Positions 26,516 through 59,352 of a stretch of 64,000 nt of DNA are shown here, piece by piece. A program made the translations under genes and the position numbers. Below the pieces are notes generated by a model that did no database searches, had not been told where the DNA came from, and saw only the letters and a program-made list of their open reading frames with translations. The stretch is from Tubiluchus corallicola (Eukaryota > Animalia > Priapulida): positions 124,001 through 188,000 of the forward strand of contig JAQGDQ010000340.1 in assembly GCA_030141605.1 (NCBI GenBank), given 5' to 3'. Every line of letters starts with the position of its first letter. Position 1 is the first letter of the stretch.

Positions 26516-29500
26516 TACCCATGCAGTCAGACAAACCCTGATAGGCAGTGATCCTGCTCACCTCTCCTACGATCTTTAACATGTCCGTCTCTTCATTATG
26601 CCTCACGGTGGTGACAAACACGGCGTTACCTGGTGAAGCTTGAACTGTGATCAGGTAATCAGACATGGTTACCGTTGCCTTCCCAAAACGGAGTTTCTTA
26701 TTCGTGATATCGTTCTCTCCGCGGTCCTGTTTCTCAAGTCTCAGGGCATCGTCATTCACTCTAGCCACCCTAGCGTCTTTTATACGAACCATTTTCACTT
26801 TGGCACACATGTTTTGATATTCTCGTAAATCGCGGTTTATTGAACGAATCATGAAGTTTGCGCATCGCACCACTATGGCCTCCGAAGTGTCAACCAGTTG
26901 ATGCACTTGACAGGTGCACCAATGTGATGCAATTCCCGCGTCGGAACACGTTCTTTCAACATTCATTTCGTTCAGTAAACTCACGCCACGCTCACTTCGG
27001 CTAGCCACACGGACACGGCCATCAAAATACAAGATATGTTTCATCGTCTCGTACACGTCAAAGGGAGTAGTGAGCCTGTTCACGTTTGTCCTTAGATTGG
27101 CCGCCATTTTAGAATACTTTTGTTGAAACCACTGCGGTAGCACCACAAAACAGAATGGTAGTCTCTCTTCTAATTTACCTACATACGTTTCTAGAATATC
27201 GCCATACCGTTGACCATGATCACTAATGAATAGGAGTGCTGTATTTTCTAGTCCTCCAATGGAGTTGAGTTGGTGGAGAAAGTGGACATATTCTCGATCC
27301 ACGGCGTGAAGAAGGTGAGGCGTATTGTGACTGTGTCGTGTGAGCCACATAAACGAAAAGAACTTCTTAGCTTTGAACTGTTTTACGTACTCCAACAACC
27401 AGTCAAGAGTTCGCTTTGTTTCCAGTTCTTGACCGATGCAGTTCTTGTCACTGTTGTGAAAGACATCCGATTCCTCGACTGCCATGCTGAATGGACGGAG
27501 GTAGTAATCGGTAGGCTGATCCCTAAATCCGGCTCTCATGTAATTGAAAGTCCCCACGTCGGCCACTTCTTCGGCAAACATTGTCCGATATCCTTGAGCA
27601 GCAAACTCCTTCCAGATGAACTCGTATTCATCAAAAGGTTTATAACTGACACTTTCATTCCATGGTAGTTCTTCAACGAACTTTCCTGTCAAGAATGGCA
27701 CCATGTTAACGAAAGTATTGTCCTCGACTTTGTTGTAACCTTTCATTTCAAAAGCGTTGAGCGTCTTCAGCAGATAGTTCAAGGTCTTTGGCATCTGTCT
27801 TTGGAACCCAAGACGAGACACGGAATCAATGCCCAATAAGATAACGTTTAGATTTTCCTTCTGTGGGGAGGTAGAAAATTCGTGTCTAGAACATCGTTTT
27901 TCCACTTTGGGCTTCAATAATATAAAGGAATGAAAATTTTCGTAGACTTGCGTTCCATTAGCATACGTGCAAGCAACACGAATAAACTCGTCATGTATTA
28001 AAACATTGTCATATTCATTACTAATATCTACACTCTTTCCCCAGTAAAACACATTGTCCGTCTTTTGATGATGAAAACGATACAAACTCTTGTATTTGCA
28101 CCTTACAGATTTACCATAAAGCAGGTGAGCTAACGTCCAGTTGATGATCAATTTGTTACCATCTACTGTATGAGAAAGTGTGGGCGGACCTTCACATTTT
28201 ACTGGTTTGGCACGACGAGTTAGGTAAGGGTGCAAAGACTTGTCGAATGGATCTACATCTATAATAGTGCAACCCGGTGTGTCGACGATCCTCCCCACTG
28301 CACTCGCTGATTGGTTGATTCGACTGACGTTGAAAACAGCTCTATTTAGTGCTGGTTTGTTAAGTTCCTAAAATGTGTAAAATGGTTTGCCATTTAAAGT
28401 AATAAATCAGTAAAGAAATAATTGTAAAATATTACTAACTATAAATAAAATAGTATTACTGTTACGTTTACTGTTACTGTTACTGTCACTGTTACTGTCA
28501 CTTTTACTATTGCTGTTACTGTTCCTGTCACTTTTACTATTGTCGTTACTGTTACTGTTACTTTTACTAATGCTGTTACTGTTACTGTCACTGTTACTGT
28601 TACTTTTACTATGGCTGTTACTGTCCCTGTTACTGTTACTGTTACGTTTACTGTTGCTGTTACTGTTACTGTCACTGTTACTGTTACTTTTACTAATGCT
28701 GTTACTGTTACTGTCACTGTTACTGTTACTTTTACTAATGCTGTTACTGTTACTGTCACTGTTACTGTTACTTTTACTATGGCTGTTACTGTCCCTGTTA
28801 CTGTTACTGTTACGTTTACTGTTGCTGTTACTGTTACTGTCACTGTTACTGTTACTTTTACTAATACTGTTACTGTTGCTGTCACTGTTACTGTTACTTT
28901 TACTATGGCTGTTACTGTCACTGTCACTGTCACTGTCACTGTTACTGTTACGTTTACTGTTGCTGTTACTGTTACTGTCACTGTTACTATTACTTTTACT
29001 AATGCTGTTACTGTTGCTGTCGCTGTCAGTGTCAACTGTCATGGTCATTGTCACCGTTATAGTTACTATTACTGTCACTGTCACTGTCACTGTCACTGTT
29101 ACTGTCACTAACACAATCACTGTCGCTGTCACCGTCACCGTCACCGTCACCGTCACTGTCACTGTTATTGTTACTGTTATTATTACTGTTATTGTTATTG
29201 TGATTGTTACTCTTACTGATACTGCTACTATTAATACGTTTTAGTAAAGATGACAACAGCAACAACCAGAATAGCAGCAACAATCTGTACTTCCCAACCC
29301 AGAAGAGCAACCACCACCGCCGGTCTCTACTGCCACCGCCACCGCCATCACCAGCACAATTGCCACTGCCACTGCCCAAAAACTGGATCGGCAGCATCTA
29401 CAACGCACAGTTATAGTGATGTTGCTGATGGCGACAACAGCAAACATGACCAACTGTGTTTTTAACCAACCGGATATTTACCTGAATCTTCAAGTCACTG

Positions 29501-29580
29501 ATTGTTACTAGATGCCAGACAATTATGAGCCCCAGGACACTAATCACCACCGACACATAGAAAGTGTCTTGTAATGGCAT
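26481..29580 (-). CDS. DUF229 family protein (alkaline phosphatase/sulfatase superfamily), type II membrane, about 661 aa
   Basis: Exon 29580-29482 (MPLQDTFYVSVVISVLGLIIVWHLV.., signal anchor, donor CAG|gtaaat) joins in phase 0 to exon 28367-26481. Motifs: NVILLGIDSVSR, GYNKVEDNTFVN, GYRTMFAEE, PTDYYLRPF, SHN, ISDHGQRYG, GKLEERLP, RLTTPFDVYET, RTCSDAGI..HWCTC, and C-terminal KFCHC. Confidence 0.92.
28455..29225. repeat. (GTTACT)n hexamer satellite with higher-order variants, in the DUF229 intron
   Basis: Seen directly. Confidence 0.95.
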
Positions 29581-29956
29581 GGATGTCTGTAAAGTAAGAA
29601 AACAACATTTAAAGGAACAACATGTACTGATGTGACTGAAGCATACTAGAATTTTCGCGTCATTATGTGAGTGAATGGGTTAGAGTATCTATTGTACGCT
29701 ACTCAAAGATACACTAACATTAGACTATCAATTTTTTACAAGTGAATTTTTGATAACCATGATGCATATGCCTCGTTGGCGTGCATTTATAAATATAAAT
29801 AGACATAATCGGACACAGTTGTTATAGTTTTCGCAGTGGCAAAAACGGACAACTTGGTCACGTTTAGTCCCTTAGAAATTGAGCGTAGCCTAAAATTTCT
29901 CAAATTTCGAAAACAAAATACAAGGACAAGAGCTTTGGGTTTGTTTAGTTGTCTTT

Positions 29957-30808
29957 TTAAAGGAAAACTGGATGACTGTATGAACATTACTTCAGAACAA
30001 AGACTGCTCTAATATATTGAAAACTACAATAGCTCTTTTAAATCAAAGCTTAGATTAAATAATAATTACCTCGGATACTCAAATTTTGTTAAACTTTCAA
30101 AGCTGCGTGCAGCTCAGTGAATCTACTAAGATTGGCAGCGGCGCCTTTTTGTCAGATTCGCGTGGCCGACAAATAGAAGGCGGTACCATGATAAGCATGA
30201 TCGTGAACGGCAGTGTTAGTTTCCGACGTCATATGATGTACAGCCCGTTTTTCGTGACATCATGCGTTTAAACAGTACTGTAACACTTGCGCAAATGTCT
30301 TGATGTGCAAGAGAAGACGCCTGCCATTTAAAGCAGGGAAAACAATCTTTATAAAGAGATGTAAAAAAATTTGGCTTGAAACTTTACATCACTTACATGC
30401 TGCCATATTGCATACAGGGCTTGCGTTAATAGTAACGTTATATAAGTAAAACTCGTAAATTTAAATGTTCACGATGACCGTTTGGTGCAGCCATCTTAAC
30501 GGTAAGTAGTTTGAAGCAAGTTTAGATAACATTACGTAAAGTTTAGAAAAAATAACCAAAGCATTCGTAGCGCACTCCTTGCTAACGGAGTAAAAGCTTA
30601 AATTACTGTATATTGTCAATGATGTGTTCTAGGTGAGCCAGTGGTGCACACTGGGAAGGTGAATCAGGTTTTATCAACAGGCGTGAACAATTTTCTTTTT
30701 CAGTTACATAAGCATTTCAAGTAAATAAGTGTAATGCTAAGTAATTTAACGTTGCATGGAAAATTCTTTCGGGATAGACTTTAAAATTCCCTTTCTTTCC
30801 CCTTTAAT
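29957..30808. mobile_element. K2 Kolobok-like element fragment (29957-30327) abutted by a K1 copy (30327-30808)
   Basis: 29957-30327 is the reverse complement of about 37270-37644. The K1 copy starts at ttaaagc and ends cccctttaa. Confidence 0.65.
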
Positions 30809-31219
30809 TGTTTATAATCCTAAATTCAAGATTGTTTGTTACTGATGAAACGGACACACAAGTAGCTTTTGTCTTTGAAATAAGATTTCTCTGCAAGGAG
30901 ATGTGAAAAAGTCGGTACTAAACCCGGATTTCAACCCTGTCCTACGCTGTGACCACTTGACTATTCAGCTCTAATTCACAGTTAATGGTTTAGCAAGCAA
31001 TGCAACACATGCAGATGTTAACTTGAATACGCTTGGTTTTAAAAGTTCAATAGAATGGGATCATTCCATTAATTATACGTTTATTTGTTGGACAGAAACT
31101 TGCAAATTCTCACACAATATCAAAATGGCTACCATATAAAAATTAAGTAATTTGTTGTTACATGAAATAGAGGTAAATTATTCCGTAACTCAAACTTTGA
31201 CAACCCAGTTTATCCATAA

Positions 31220-31610
31220 TTCATCATCATCATTATCTCCGGAGTCACACGTCGTTTGACAAGACTCTCCTGATCACTTTACTCCATACTGCTCTGTCAC
31301 CCACAGCCTCCCATTAACTCCATGCTGCCCTGTCACCCACAACCTCCCATTAACTCTATGCTGCCCTGTCACCCACAACCTCCCATTAACTCCATGCTGC
31401 CCTGTCACCCATAACCTCACATGTCTCTGTATTTCTGATATCTAATGGTGTGTTGATAAGATCTTTTTGGATGAAATTGATATGAGTCAGCAGCTGTCCT
31501 CCTTGTGGTTTCTTTTCGTTCTGCACTGCTTCTTTGAAAGTTAACTTTAATGGACTGTCATCTGGTAATCGTATAACATGTCCTATCCATCTTAATCTTC
31601 TCATTTTAGT
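31220..31610 (-). mobile_element. RTE-like LINE 3' end fragment with a ~33-bp internal tandem duplication
   Basis: RRLRWIGHVIRLPDD and DRAAWS match the ORF2 C-terminus; there is a short (GAT)n-type tail. Confidence 0.75.
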
Positions 31611-32556
31611 TTTAACTGTCCTTGTTTTAATATGGAATCATTTCTATTTCATGCCTATCATACCCACACGCAACGATAAATATCATAATTATTATTTTCA
31701 TAAAACTACGTGTCAACAATTCAATTCAGTCGTTTTTTATTTGGCTGATTTGCAACACAAAACATTAAACTATTTACATAATGATAATAACAATACAATA
31801 ATAAAAACAGAAACAGTTTGGAATTGTCAAATAAGCCTCTAGGAGAAGAGGAGCGTGAGCTTTCGAGACACACCACAAGATGGCGCAAACGCATGCATCG
31901 TGCAGACAGAGAAATACATACAAAATATCTCAAAGTTAAAACAATATTCAGTTACAAAAACAATTAATGATAATAATACAGATAAATGAGATTAGCGGTA
32001 TTTAAAAACGCCAATTAGCAGGTTAGGTAAGGAGATAGTAAAAAATCAAATAAGTGCTTTTTAAAACGTTAAAATTGAAATTCTAGTCGATAAAAAAGGT
32101 GGATAAACGTTACCTTGGCTGATAAGAAAAAGGAAGTTTGATGACACATTTTGGCAGACAACAGACTTTGTTATTACCTTCTTAAATGCCAATAGTTTGT
32201 ATGTAGATGGGCGAGACAGCCAAGGGAAAGTAGGTTATGTCCTTGTGGGGACATTCAAACTGAGAAACACGTTGTACAGACATGCCCCCTAACATCAAAT
32301 ATTAGAAACCGCTACGAAAATGTAAGCTTTGCTGATTTAACTCACTTCTTTGAGCACACTAATTGTTATGTAATATGTCATGCAATTTTGCAACTTTATA
32401 CTGATGTACCTTGTATGCATAACACAGTTTTTAATGCCATAACCTTGAGTAGGAAATGTACGTAAAGTGACATTTGGACTAAAATCACTAATGTGTCGAT
32501 TGTGGCATTTACGTCGTTCCTCGTGTATACATGTAACTTGTTTTAGTCAATAAACT

Positions 32557-32738
32557 ACATACATACATACATACATACATGCATGCATGCATGCATGCAT
32601 GCATACATACATACATACATACATACATACATACATACATACATACATACATACATACATACATACATACATACATACATACATACATACATACATACAT
32701 ACATACATACATACATACATACATACATACACACACAC

Positions 32739-32783
<45 letters not shown>

Positions 32784-32792
32784 TACATACAT
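32557..32792. repeat. (CATA)n/(CATG)n/(CA)n microsatellite
   Basis: Seen directly. Confidence 0.95.
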
Positions 32793-33259
32793 ATGTCAAC
32801 CAAGAATGAAAACAGAGTATCTAAACTTACTCTATAACATCAAAATATACTTACTGCCACAGCTCAGCGCGTACTGACACTGAACAATTTCCTCTAAATT
32901 TTTTGCCTCCCAACAATTTACACACAACAGAGAAGCTAATATTTTATTACATTATAATGCACATAAAATTTAAATTTGTTCAAACGAGAACATTTTGCGC
33001 AGCATTGTTCGTAAATTACTGCCATGCTTCGAACGTCATGCGTGTGAATTGAGAACCGTGAATTATGATTTCCGTATTCCACGGAGATCTATGGTCATCG
33101 GGTCAATGGCCTCTGCGAATCAGAGACTTGCTTCGCTGCACAGAATGGTATAATAGAAATCGAAAGCGTCCATAGTATCCTTGCTATTATCCAAGCTGTC
33201 ATAGGGTCAGGCTACCTGGAATAACTATTACAGCTATATTTGGAAACGGGAAGTCAGAA

Positions 33260-33830
33260 TATATAATAATCTTTATTTGACATTAAAAAACAATGGATAT
33301 TCATAAGCATAAAAGCATATAAGAACATCTTAAGTAAGCAAGTTTAGTTGATTAGTTTATCATCATTTTTAAAATAGCAAAACACATAACTAAGTCAGTA
33401 CAACATACAATAATATTACAAAGTGCAAAAGTGATTATTGATTAGTGGGTGAAAGGGTGGCGAAAGAACTATAAGTCGTCGAGTCATCGCAGCATGAGAA
33501 CAAAAATTCACACAACTGTTAAAGGTAAATGTGTCCAGTGCAAACTAAAAACTACTGTGCCAAAAATTTAAAACAAAATATACATTATAATGTTACACGC
33601 AAATTATAACAGACTATATACAATATATACGTACAATTTAAAATAGACAAGGGTAAATAAAATTTGCGGATGAATATATTATCATTAACGTGTGTAGGGT
33701 TTTCGAAACGATTTAATGCATGTATTTTTAATTTTGATTTGACTTAATTTGTTTTAAATTTGATGGCAGGGCATTCCAAAGTTGAACTCTTTGTTTAGTG
33801 ATAGAAATGTTTTGTTTTTTTATCGATATC
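33260..33830 (-). mobile_element. L2/Crack-like LINE 3' end; second copy of its 3' UTR at about 48400-48622
   Basis: The minus strand encodes RVQLWNALPS. A block of about 150 bp is nearly identical to 48470-48622. Confidence 0.6.
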
Positions 33831-34589
33831 AGTTTTCCTTACAGCTTTTTTGTTCTTCGCTACCGGCTGTAGCCTATTGGCACAGAAACCTTGCATGTAG
33901 TAACAGTGATTAATGAGTGACAGGTCTGAATGGCACAGAAACCTATCTCCTAGTAGCAGTAGTTATTAATGAGTCACATGTCTGAACAGTGACTGTGTAA
34001 TTGTAACACCAATGTAAGCATACTGGCCTATCGCCGCAGTTTAAATTATAGTGTTGCTGTGCTTTAAACTGTGCTATCGCCCCGCCTCCACTGTGACGTA
34101 ATCATGCTCACGGGAAACCAGGACTTCCCCAAGGACCAAACTACGTAGATTCTACGCAAAACAACTCAAGTTTAATGGTACTTAATTCTACTTTAAAGGC
34201 AAGAAAGTTGTACCTGAAGTAGGTTTCAGAAACATCGCCTTAAAAAATTATATTACGCGTTGAAAATTATTATATATTCGCGTTGAAAAGAATTTTTGTT
34301 TGTTTTCATTTTAAATTTCCCACAAAACTGTTCCGACTGCGCTATTACATAACGTCATATACGCACAGCGTATATCAGGGGAAGAAAAGTACATATTAAA
34401 CTATGTCCTAAAAATATTCCACGCAAAGTTATGTTACGTAACATTTTGCTTACCTACTTGAAAGACTTATGTAACTAGAAAAGAAAATTATTAATCATTT
34501 AAAATGTTTTATCAATTGGTAAAATGTCGTATTTCGTAACCCCATTCAAAACCATAACAAAAGCATTAATGATGTCAAGATTTGAATGC

Positions 34590-34780
34590 CATTTGCCTCC
34601 AACAGTGTTGTTGTTGTTGTTGTTGTTTGTTGCACTTGTAGTTTAGATTCTGCACTGACGCATTTGCCTCCAACAGTGTTGTTGTTGTTGTTGTTGTTGT
34701 TGTTGCTGTTGTTGTTGTTGTTGTTGTTATTTGTTGCACTTGTAGTTTAGATTCTGCACTGACGCATTTGCGTCCAACAG

Positions 34781-34850
<70 letters not shown>

Positions 34851-34990
34851 GATGTTGCTGTTGTTGTTGCTGTTGCTGTTGCTGCTACTGCTGCTCCTGC
34901 TGCTGTTACTGTTCCTGTTGTTGTTGTTGATGTTGTTGTTGTTGCTGTTGCTGTTACTGTTGGTGTTGCTTTTGTTGCTACAATTGCTGT
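34590..34990. repeat. (TTG)n tracts with three copies of a short spacer (catttgcctccaacagtg)
   Basis: Seen directly. Confidence 0.9.
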
Positions 34991-35825
34991 TATTTCTGAC
35001 TGACACTCCACTTACGTTCTGACTACTATCTTTCTCACGTACACAAATCAACCATATCGTAAAAAATACACTTCGTGTTCGCAAACAACGTTCACTCGGA
35101 CCCAACTTCCCGAACCATTCTTGTACAAACGCCAAGACTTCATAAATAGAGCGCCTGGTAGTATCCATGAACTTTGTTCTGTGCTGAACTATGGTAAACA
35201 CCTCGCCGGAACAGCATGCGCTAGGTTATAGACCTCTTCCGAGCACTTTCGCTACGCAACTGCGCATAATCTATGCCAGAGAGAATATAGTATCCCCTAT
35301 CCCAACAGCTATCACAGCTGCTACTGCACCGCTAACTGTAAGACCAGCTATTGATCGAAGGAACAAAGGTTATTAGATTCGACAGCACTGTTCACCATAA
35401 TAAACCGTATTTTTAACACCAGTATAACACTGATTAAGACGAAACGGTCTGCTCTGCTGTTCTTACTCTCGAAAAAGAGATGCTGCTCTTATTGGAGAAT
35501 GCTAAATGACGTTTTAAGAGCTGATGCGTTTACGGTGTGACTAAAGTGTCAAAGACAAAATGAAATCAGAGACGAAAATAATTTTGTGAGGCTGGGATTT
35601 TGAAGAGATTTACAAAGGCAACGCCATGGATCGAAGTGGAACCAAAGGTGATATTTTTTATTTATAAGATGGATCATTATTTCACTCCACATTTGCAGGT
35701 AAGGGATCCAGCTTGCTATTGGAGCAGTTGTTTCGGCGATATTTTTGATTTGAGTAATCTAGGATCTGCAAAATACTCTAGACATTTTTTTTATTTCTAA
35801 GTAATTTACTTATAACTCAAAGTAA

Positions 35826-35880
35826 GGTGGCTGAGTGGTAAAAGCTACACTGTATCAGTCTAGAGTTCAATACCCGCTGT
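35826..35880 (+). mobile_element. Degenerate tRNA-derived SINE head
   Basis: A-box-like TGGCTGAGTGG and B-box-like GAGTTCAATACC; I could not fold a cloverleaf. Confidence 0.4.
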
Positions 35881-37088
35881 TTGAAAATTCTAACTCTTGT
35901 TTCTGTTTACATGTTACATCATCTTTACTGTATAGAATCTCTTGTAGATGCAAGTCACTAAGTGTAGGTTAACTACTAATTATAAACGGCTTAGTTGGGC
36001 AATGCCAAAATTGGTTAGAAAAAGGATGGGGGTGGCCGTAGTTAAACTGTTTTTGCTCTGTTTCATATTGCTACCGGATATTCACCCCGTTGAGGGCGGA
36101 TCTATGCATATCGAAACGTGTTTAAGACACCCTTGCTAGTTTAGTGTCTGATCTAGGAGAATATTAACAGCTAACTAGATTCTGCTGTCGCCATGACAAC
36201 ACACATCGAGAAGACGCTGCGATTTAGTGCTGAATTCCAGCTTGCAGAGCGACACACAGTGAAAATTTTAAATACTACAGCAGGATGAGGCATTTTCCAT
36301 TTGTTTACTGAGTTTTAAATAGCATGGCACGAATATAAAGCATTTTAACAATACTTCGTTTGTGTGTTATTACGCATGCGCAGGCCCGGATTATGAACAT
36401 TTGGGACCCTTAGGCTGATGAAATTATGGGCCCCCTTAGACGGACACCCCCCCCCCCCCATTTCACTCGCCCGCAATACCCGCCTCCGTCTTAAACGTCT
36501 TTTCTCGCGACATATTTTAGAGACATTTACGTAGCCTTGAAGTAAATTTATTGCAAATTCAAACAAGAATAGCTGTCTTTTGTTTGTGAATGAAAATACT
36601 CTTTAACAAATATTACTATTGTACTCTTTATTGCAAACCAAATTAACACATATTTCAATACAAGGATAGTGAAAAAGCATATTTTTTTACCAAATGTTTC
36701 CCAAGCTTGAAGCCCCCCCCCTCCAAGTTTGAGGGGCCCTTAGGCTGTTCATGACGTCATGACAACAGGTGACCCAGTGCATGCTCCATTTTTTGACCAC
36801 TGTACAACCTTCCCCTAAATTCGCAAGTTAACTTGTGGTTTGATCCATTTTGTCAGCTTCATGACGTCATGACAAACGTGACCTTGAGCCATGTTTTATT
36901 TTTCTAACTTGCGTCTGCGTCTAATGGAGTTTCTTAAGCTTTCTACAGGTATAACATACGTATATAAATATTATGTGTCCATGTAAATCGTTTTTTTAGA
37001 TGATTTTATTTCATAAAGCTTTTAAGTTTTTTTAGCGTGTATTTCGTGCACCGTCATTATGCATCTATGCCAGCTACTTTGTACTGCA

Positions 37089-37644
37089 TTAGAGGAAAAC
37101 CAGACGATTGTTTAGACCCAATCTCATTTTAATTTACTGTCGAAAATATACATTTTCTTGCTTTAAAAGTTAACAATTGCTTCTTATATTTGAATAATTA
37201 GCTTAGAAAGTTAATTAACGGCAACCGAACACAGTTATTGCTTACGTCAGAAACTAACCACAGTTTGTGCAATGGCAGGCGTCTTCCCTTGCGCGTTAAG
37301 CACATTTGCGTGAGTGTTACAGTACTGCTTAAACGCGTGATGTCACGAAAATAAGCTCTACGTCATATGACGTCAGAAACTAACACTGCAGTTCGTGATC
37401 ATGGTTATTACATTACCGCCTTCTATTTGTCGACCACGGGAATGTGACAAAAAGGCGTCGCTGCCAATCTTAGTAGATTCACTGAGCCGCGTGTAGCTTT
37501 GAAAGTTAAACGAAATTTGAGTATCCGAGGTAATTATTATGTAATCTAAGCTTTGATTTAAAAAAAGGCTGTTGTAGTTTTCAATATTGTAGAGCACTCT
37601 TCATTCTGAACTCGTGTTTACACATACTCCCGGTTTTTCTTTAA
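37089..37644. mobile_element. K2 Kolobok-like MITE, near full length; partial copy at 43787-44122
   Basis: Termini ttagaggaaaacc / ggtttttctttaa. Internal blocks match 29957-30327 and 43800-44120 in reverse. Confidence 0.7.
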
Positions 37645-37694
37645 ACATGCGAACAGTTTCTGTATAAGTTGGAAAACGTATAAAATATTTTTCC

Positions 37695-55962
<18,268 letters not shown>

Positions 55963-56044
55963 TTATTGCTATTATTTTCGGATTCGACACAAGTTGTTGT
56001 TGTCGGTGTTGCCCTTGTCACATTTTGAAAACTGTCACAGGTCA

Positions 56045-56580
56045 CATGCACACATACACACACCCACGCCCACGTGCCAATGCGCACGTGCACACACATG
56101 CACACCCACGCACGTACACACACATGCACACACACAGACGCACCTACACCCACACACACACACATGCGCATGCACAGGCACACGCACACTTACACCCACA
56201 CACACCCATGCACAGGCACACGCACACACACCCATGCACATGCACACACACGCACACACGCACGCACACACACGCACACACACACACACACAGTATTCAC
56301 CGCAAGACACTGAGGAAGATACCACGGATCATTGCACCCATTCATGCCACCAGTACAAACGTGTCTAAGTCCCATGTAGTGTCCTCTCACACACATATTC
56401 CTTCTACCCCTCGAACAATCAGGATGTGGAACAGGCTTTCAACCATGGCAGTAAATGCTAGCTACATCAAGACATTCGGGCAGGTCACACTTAGTGTCAT
56501 TAGAGGCATGGAGCCGCCTATTCATTTGGAAAGATTGTAAAAAAAATGCATCTTTTTAAATGCAGACGAATAAACCACAC
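56045..56580 (+). mobile_element. CA-rich tract followed by a LINE 3' fragment, downstream of the SLC7 stop
   Basis: PRTIRMWNRLS..VNASYIKTF resembles a CR1-clade C-terminus; AATAAA lies near 56569. Confidence 0.55.
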
Positions 56581-57649
56581 CTAGCACCTTGTACCATTAA
56601 GATATTGAGTGGACATTTTTGGTTGATGCACGTGGCACGTTGACGTCACACACCATTCCAGTTTTAGCTTAGGAATCATCGATTGAAGTCTGAAGACCAC
56701 AGCGAAGAACCTAACAGAGCCAAATTTTTCACTTTTGCGCTACGGCCCTCAAATACGCCAGTTAAATGGATCTGCCCTATACTTCGTTGCAGTTTGTATC
56801 TCTATCATTTTAACATATGAGTGGATCTGCCCCTTTCTGTTTTCTTTCTTCAAAGTCTCGTTCCGTTTGTTGTAGACATTGAGGTATTGCCACATCTGTC
56901 CCCATGGTACTCTGCATTTTATGAAAAAACAGATTCCACGACAACTGTAAAAGCTTCCCGTGTTGTTCTTGTGAAAAAATCAAGAAATGGGCAAAAGGGG
57001 CGTGTTCTGGCACACTAGTCCTCCATTGTTTATTGTAGCATGCGTAATACATAAGTTTACTAAGTCTATACATAAGTATATATATTATACATAAGCCCAT
57101 GTAGGTGCTATGTATATATTGAGTGCCAAGTTATTTGCCTAAAAAATCCATGTTGTTTCGTGGGAATTTGAATAGTCAATTTCTTTATTGTGGAATGTAT
57201 AACACATAAGTCTACGTAAGTGTATACATACAAGTCAATATTAGTATACATAAGTCCGTGTATAGGCACTTGAGCGCCTTAGCGTGATGATGTTATATGC
57301 ACAGTAGCTATAGAGGATACAATTGTATTATATGTGTAAAATATAAAATATATATATATGTATATGTAAAATGTAAAGTACATGTTGTTTGAATACATTC
57401 TTTGTTATACAAAATGTCAGTAACATTGAAGAAAGTACACGTCTTTTCATGCAGACTAATTGGCACAAAAGCGTATTGGTGGTTATTGGTAACTGACTGT
57501 TTTCATGAAGAAATTGAATATTGTCTCATTGTTTAGTGTAGAAATTATCTTCATGCTCAACCGATTAACATAAATATACTAAAAAGGGTTGTATATCGGA
57601 TACATAATTGTGTACTGATGATTGTGAACTTTTTATCATTGCATAACTG

Positions 57650-57667
57650 TTGATGATGATGTCGATG

Positions 57668-57699
<32 letters not shown>

Positions 57700-58033
57700 G
57701 ATGACCATGGTGATGATTATGATGATGGTGGTGATGATGATGATGGTGATGGTGCTGATGATGATGGTGCTGATGGTGATGATGATAATGACGACGATGA
57801 TGATGACGATGACTGTGACGATGATGTTGTTGATGCTGATGATGATGATGACTATGATAAGTCTTTATTAGCCTCTTTTTACAGGCAAAATTTTCTGTAC
57901 ATACATAAAGCAATTTTGCATAGACACTAGAGTGAATTCTACAATATTACATGTTACTCATTCTGTAATCAGCTTTTTTAATTTCTGCTTAATTAAATTA
58001 AATTAATGAATTTATTTAATTAATAACATCATT

Positions 58034-58070
<37 letters not shown>

Positions 58071-58230
58071 CTATGATAACTCTTTATTAGCCTCTTTTTA
58101 CAAACAAAATTTTCTGTACATACATAAAGCAATTTTGCATAGACACTAGAGTGAATTCTACAATATTACATGTTACTCATTCCGTAATCAGCTTTTTTAA
58201 TTTCTGCTTAATTAAATTTAATTAATAACA
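57650..58230. repeat. (GAT)n tracts with a ~170-bp direct duplication (about 57850-58025 and 58070-58230)
   Basis: The block gactatgataa.tctttattagcctc...ctgcttaattaaatt occurs twice. Confidence 0.9.
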
Positions 58231-59219
58231 TCTTTACTGTGATGTTAAATCGGCAGTATTAAAGTAAGTGCTAAAATCAAGGTTATTAATGCTGCAAGTT
58301 TCCTCGCTAGTAATATAAAAATGTAGTTAAATTAATATACTAAATTATTAAAATCCCAATTCAATATTTAAATCCACAAGAGTTACAATCAGTAATCTCA
58401 AAAACTACACAAATTTAATCCCTATTTTACTAAAATTTACCAGCAGCATCTTAAAATAAAAGACTCCTTTTCAAAGTAGGTTACTGTCGATATTAAATTT
58501 ATATTTTTAGTCCAATACACAAGATTTAAGTTCTCATTTCCAAGTCCATTTAGTAGTACATTTCGCCTGCGTCGACTGGGGGACATCGGTGTATCAAATG
58601 TTCTGGATTCTGGGCTTCCATACCGTATTGGTGTAGTAATCATTACTGTAGTAACTTTGTTTTCCATTGTCATTTTTGTTTAAAAATGCGCTTTGTAGAA
58701 AATCTATTATATTGCTGTGCTAGATTCTAGCTGCGTATAATCTATACAGCCTAAAAAAACTACATTGGGTGATTAAATTGATGGAGCTGGTTAAAGGCAT
58801 ATTGTAATCAAGCTTTGATTTGTCTGTACTCTGTCAAGTTATGTTACTGAATATAGTAATAAAAGATATATGAATATTATGATATATGAAAAGGTTAAGT
58901 GAAAGACAGCAACGTATCTCAACTGCAACCATCACGTGACCTGTATAAAACAAAGCTTTCTGCCACATAAGTTCAGTAACTTTAGTTGTTTTGCGTGGAC
59001 TTTACTTAGCTATGCATTCATCTGCGCGTAGAGTGATTTACTTGCAGAATCTTGCTGGGGAACAAGAAAAAATGAACTTGGTAAGGTTCTAGCTAGTAGT
59101 TAAAGCTGCTACTATTACAACAGCATGAGCTGTGAGGCGTTGTCTTAACGTTTGACCTTTTCACGATCATCTTCAATCGCTGGAACTATGAAAAATCTTA
59201 TTTATCAAATATCATTGTT

Positions 59220-59352
<133 letters not shown>

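Noticed and set aside
28407-29244. Ser/Asn- or Val/Thr-repeat proteins
   Set aside because: The hexamer satellite is open in many frames and lies in the phase-consistent DUF229 intron.
58437-58673. 78-aa minus ORF with a good ATG context and a possible donor
   Set aside because: I recognise no motif and could not find a downstream exon. It cannot be supported, though RNA-seq could rescue it.
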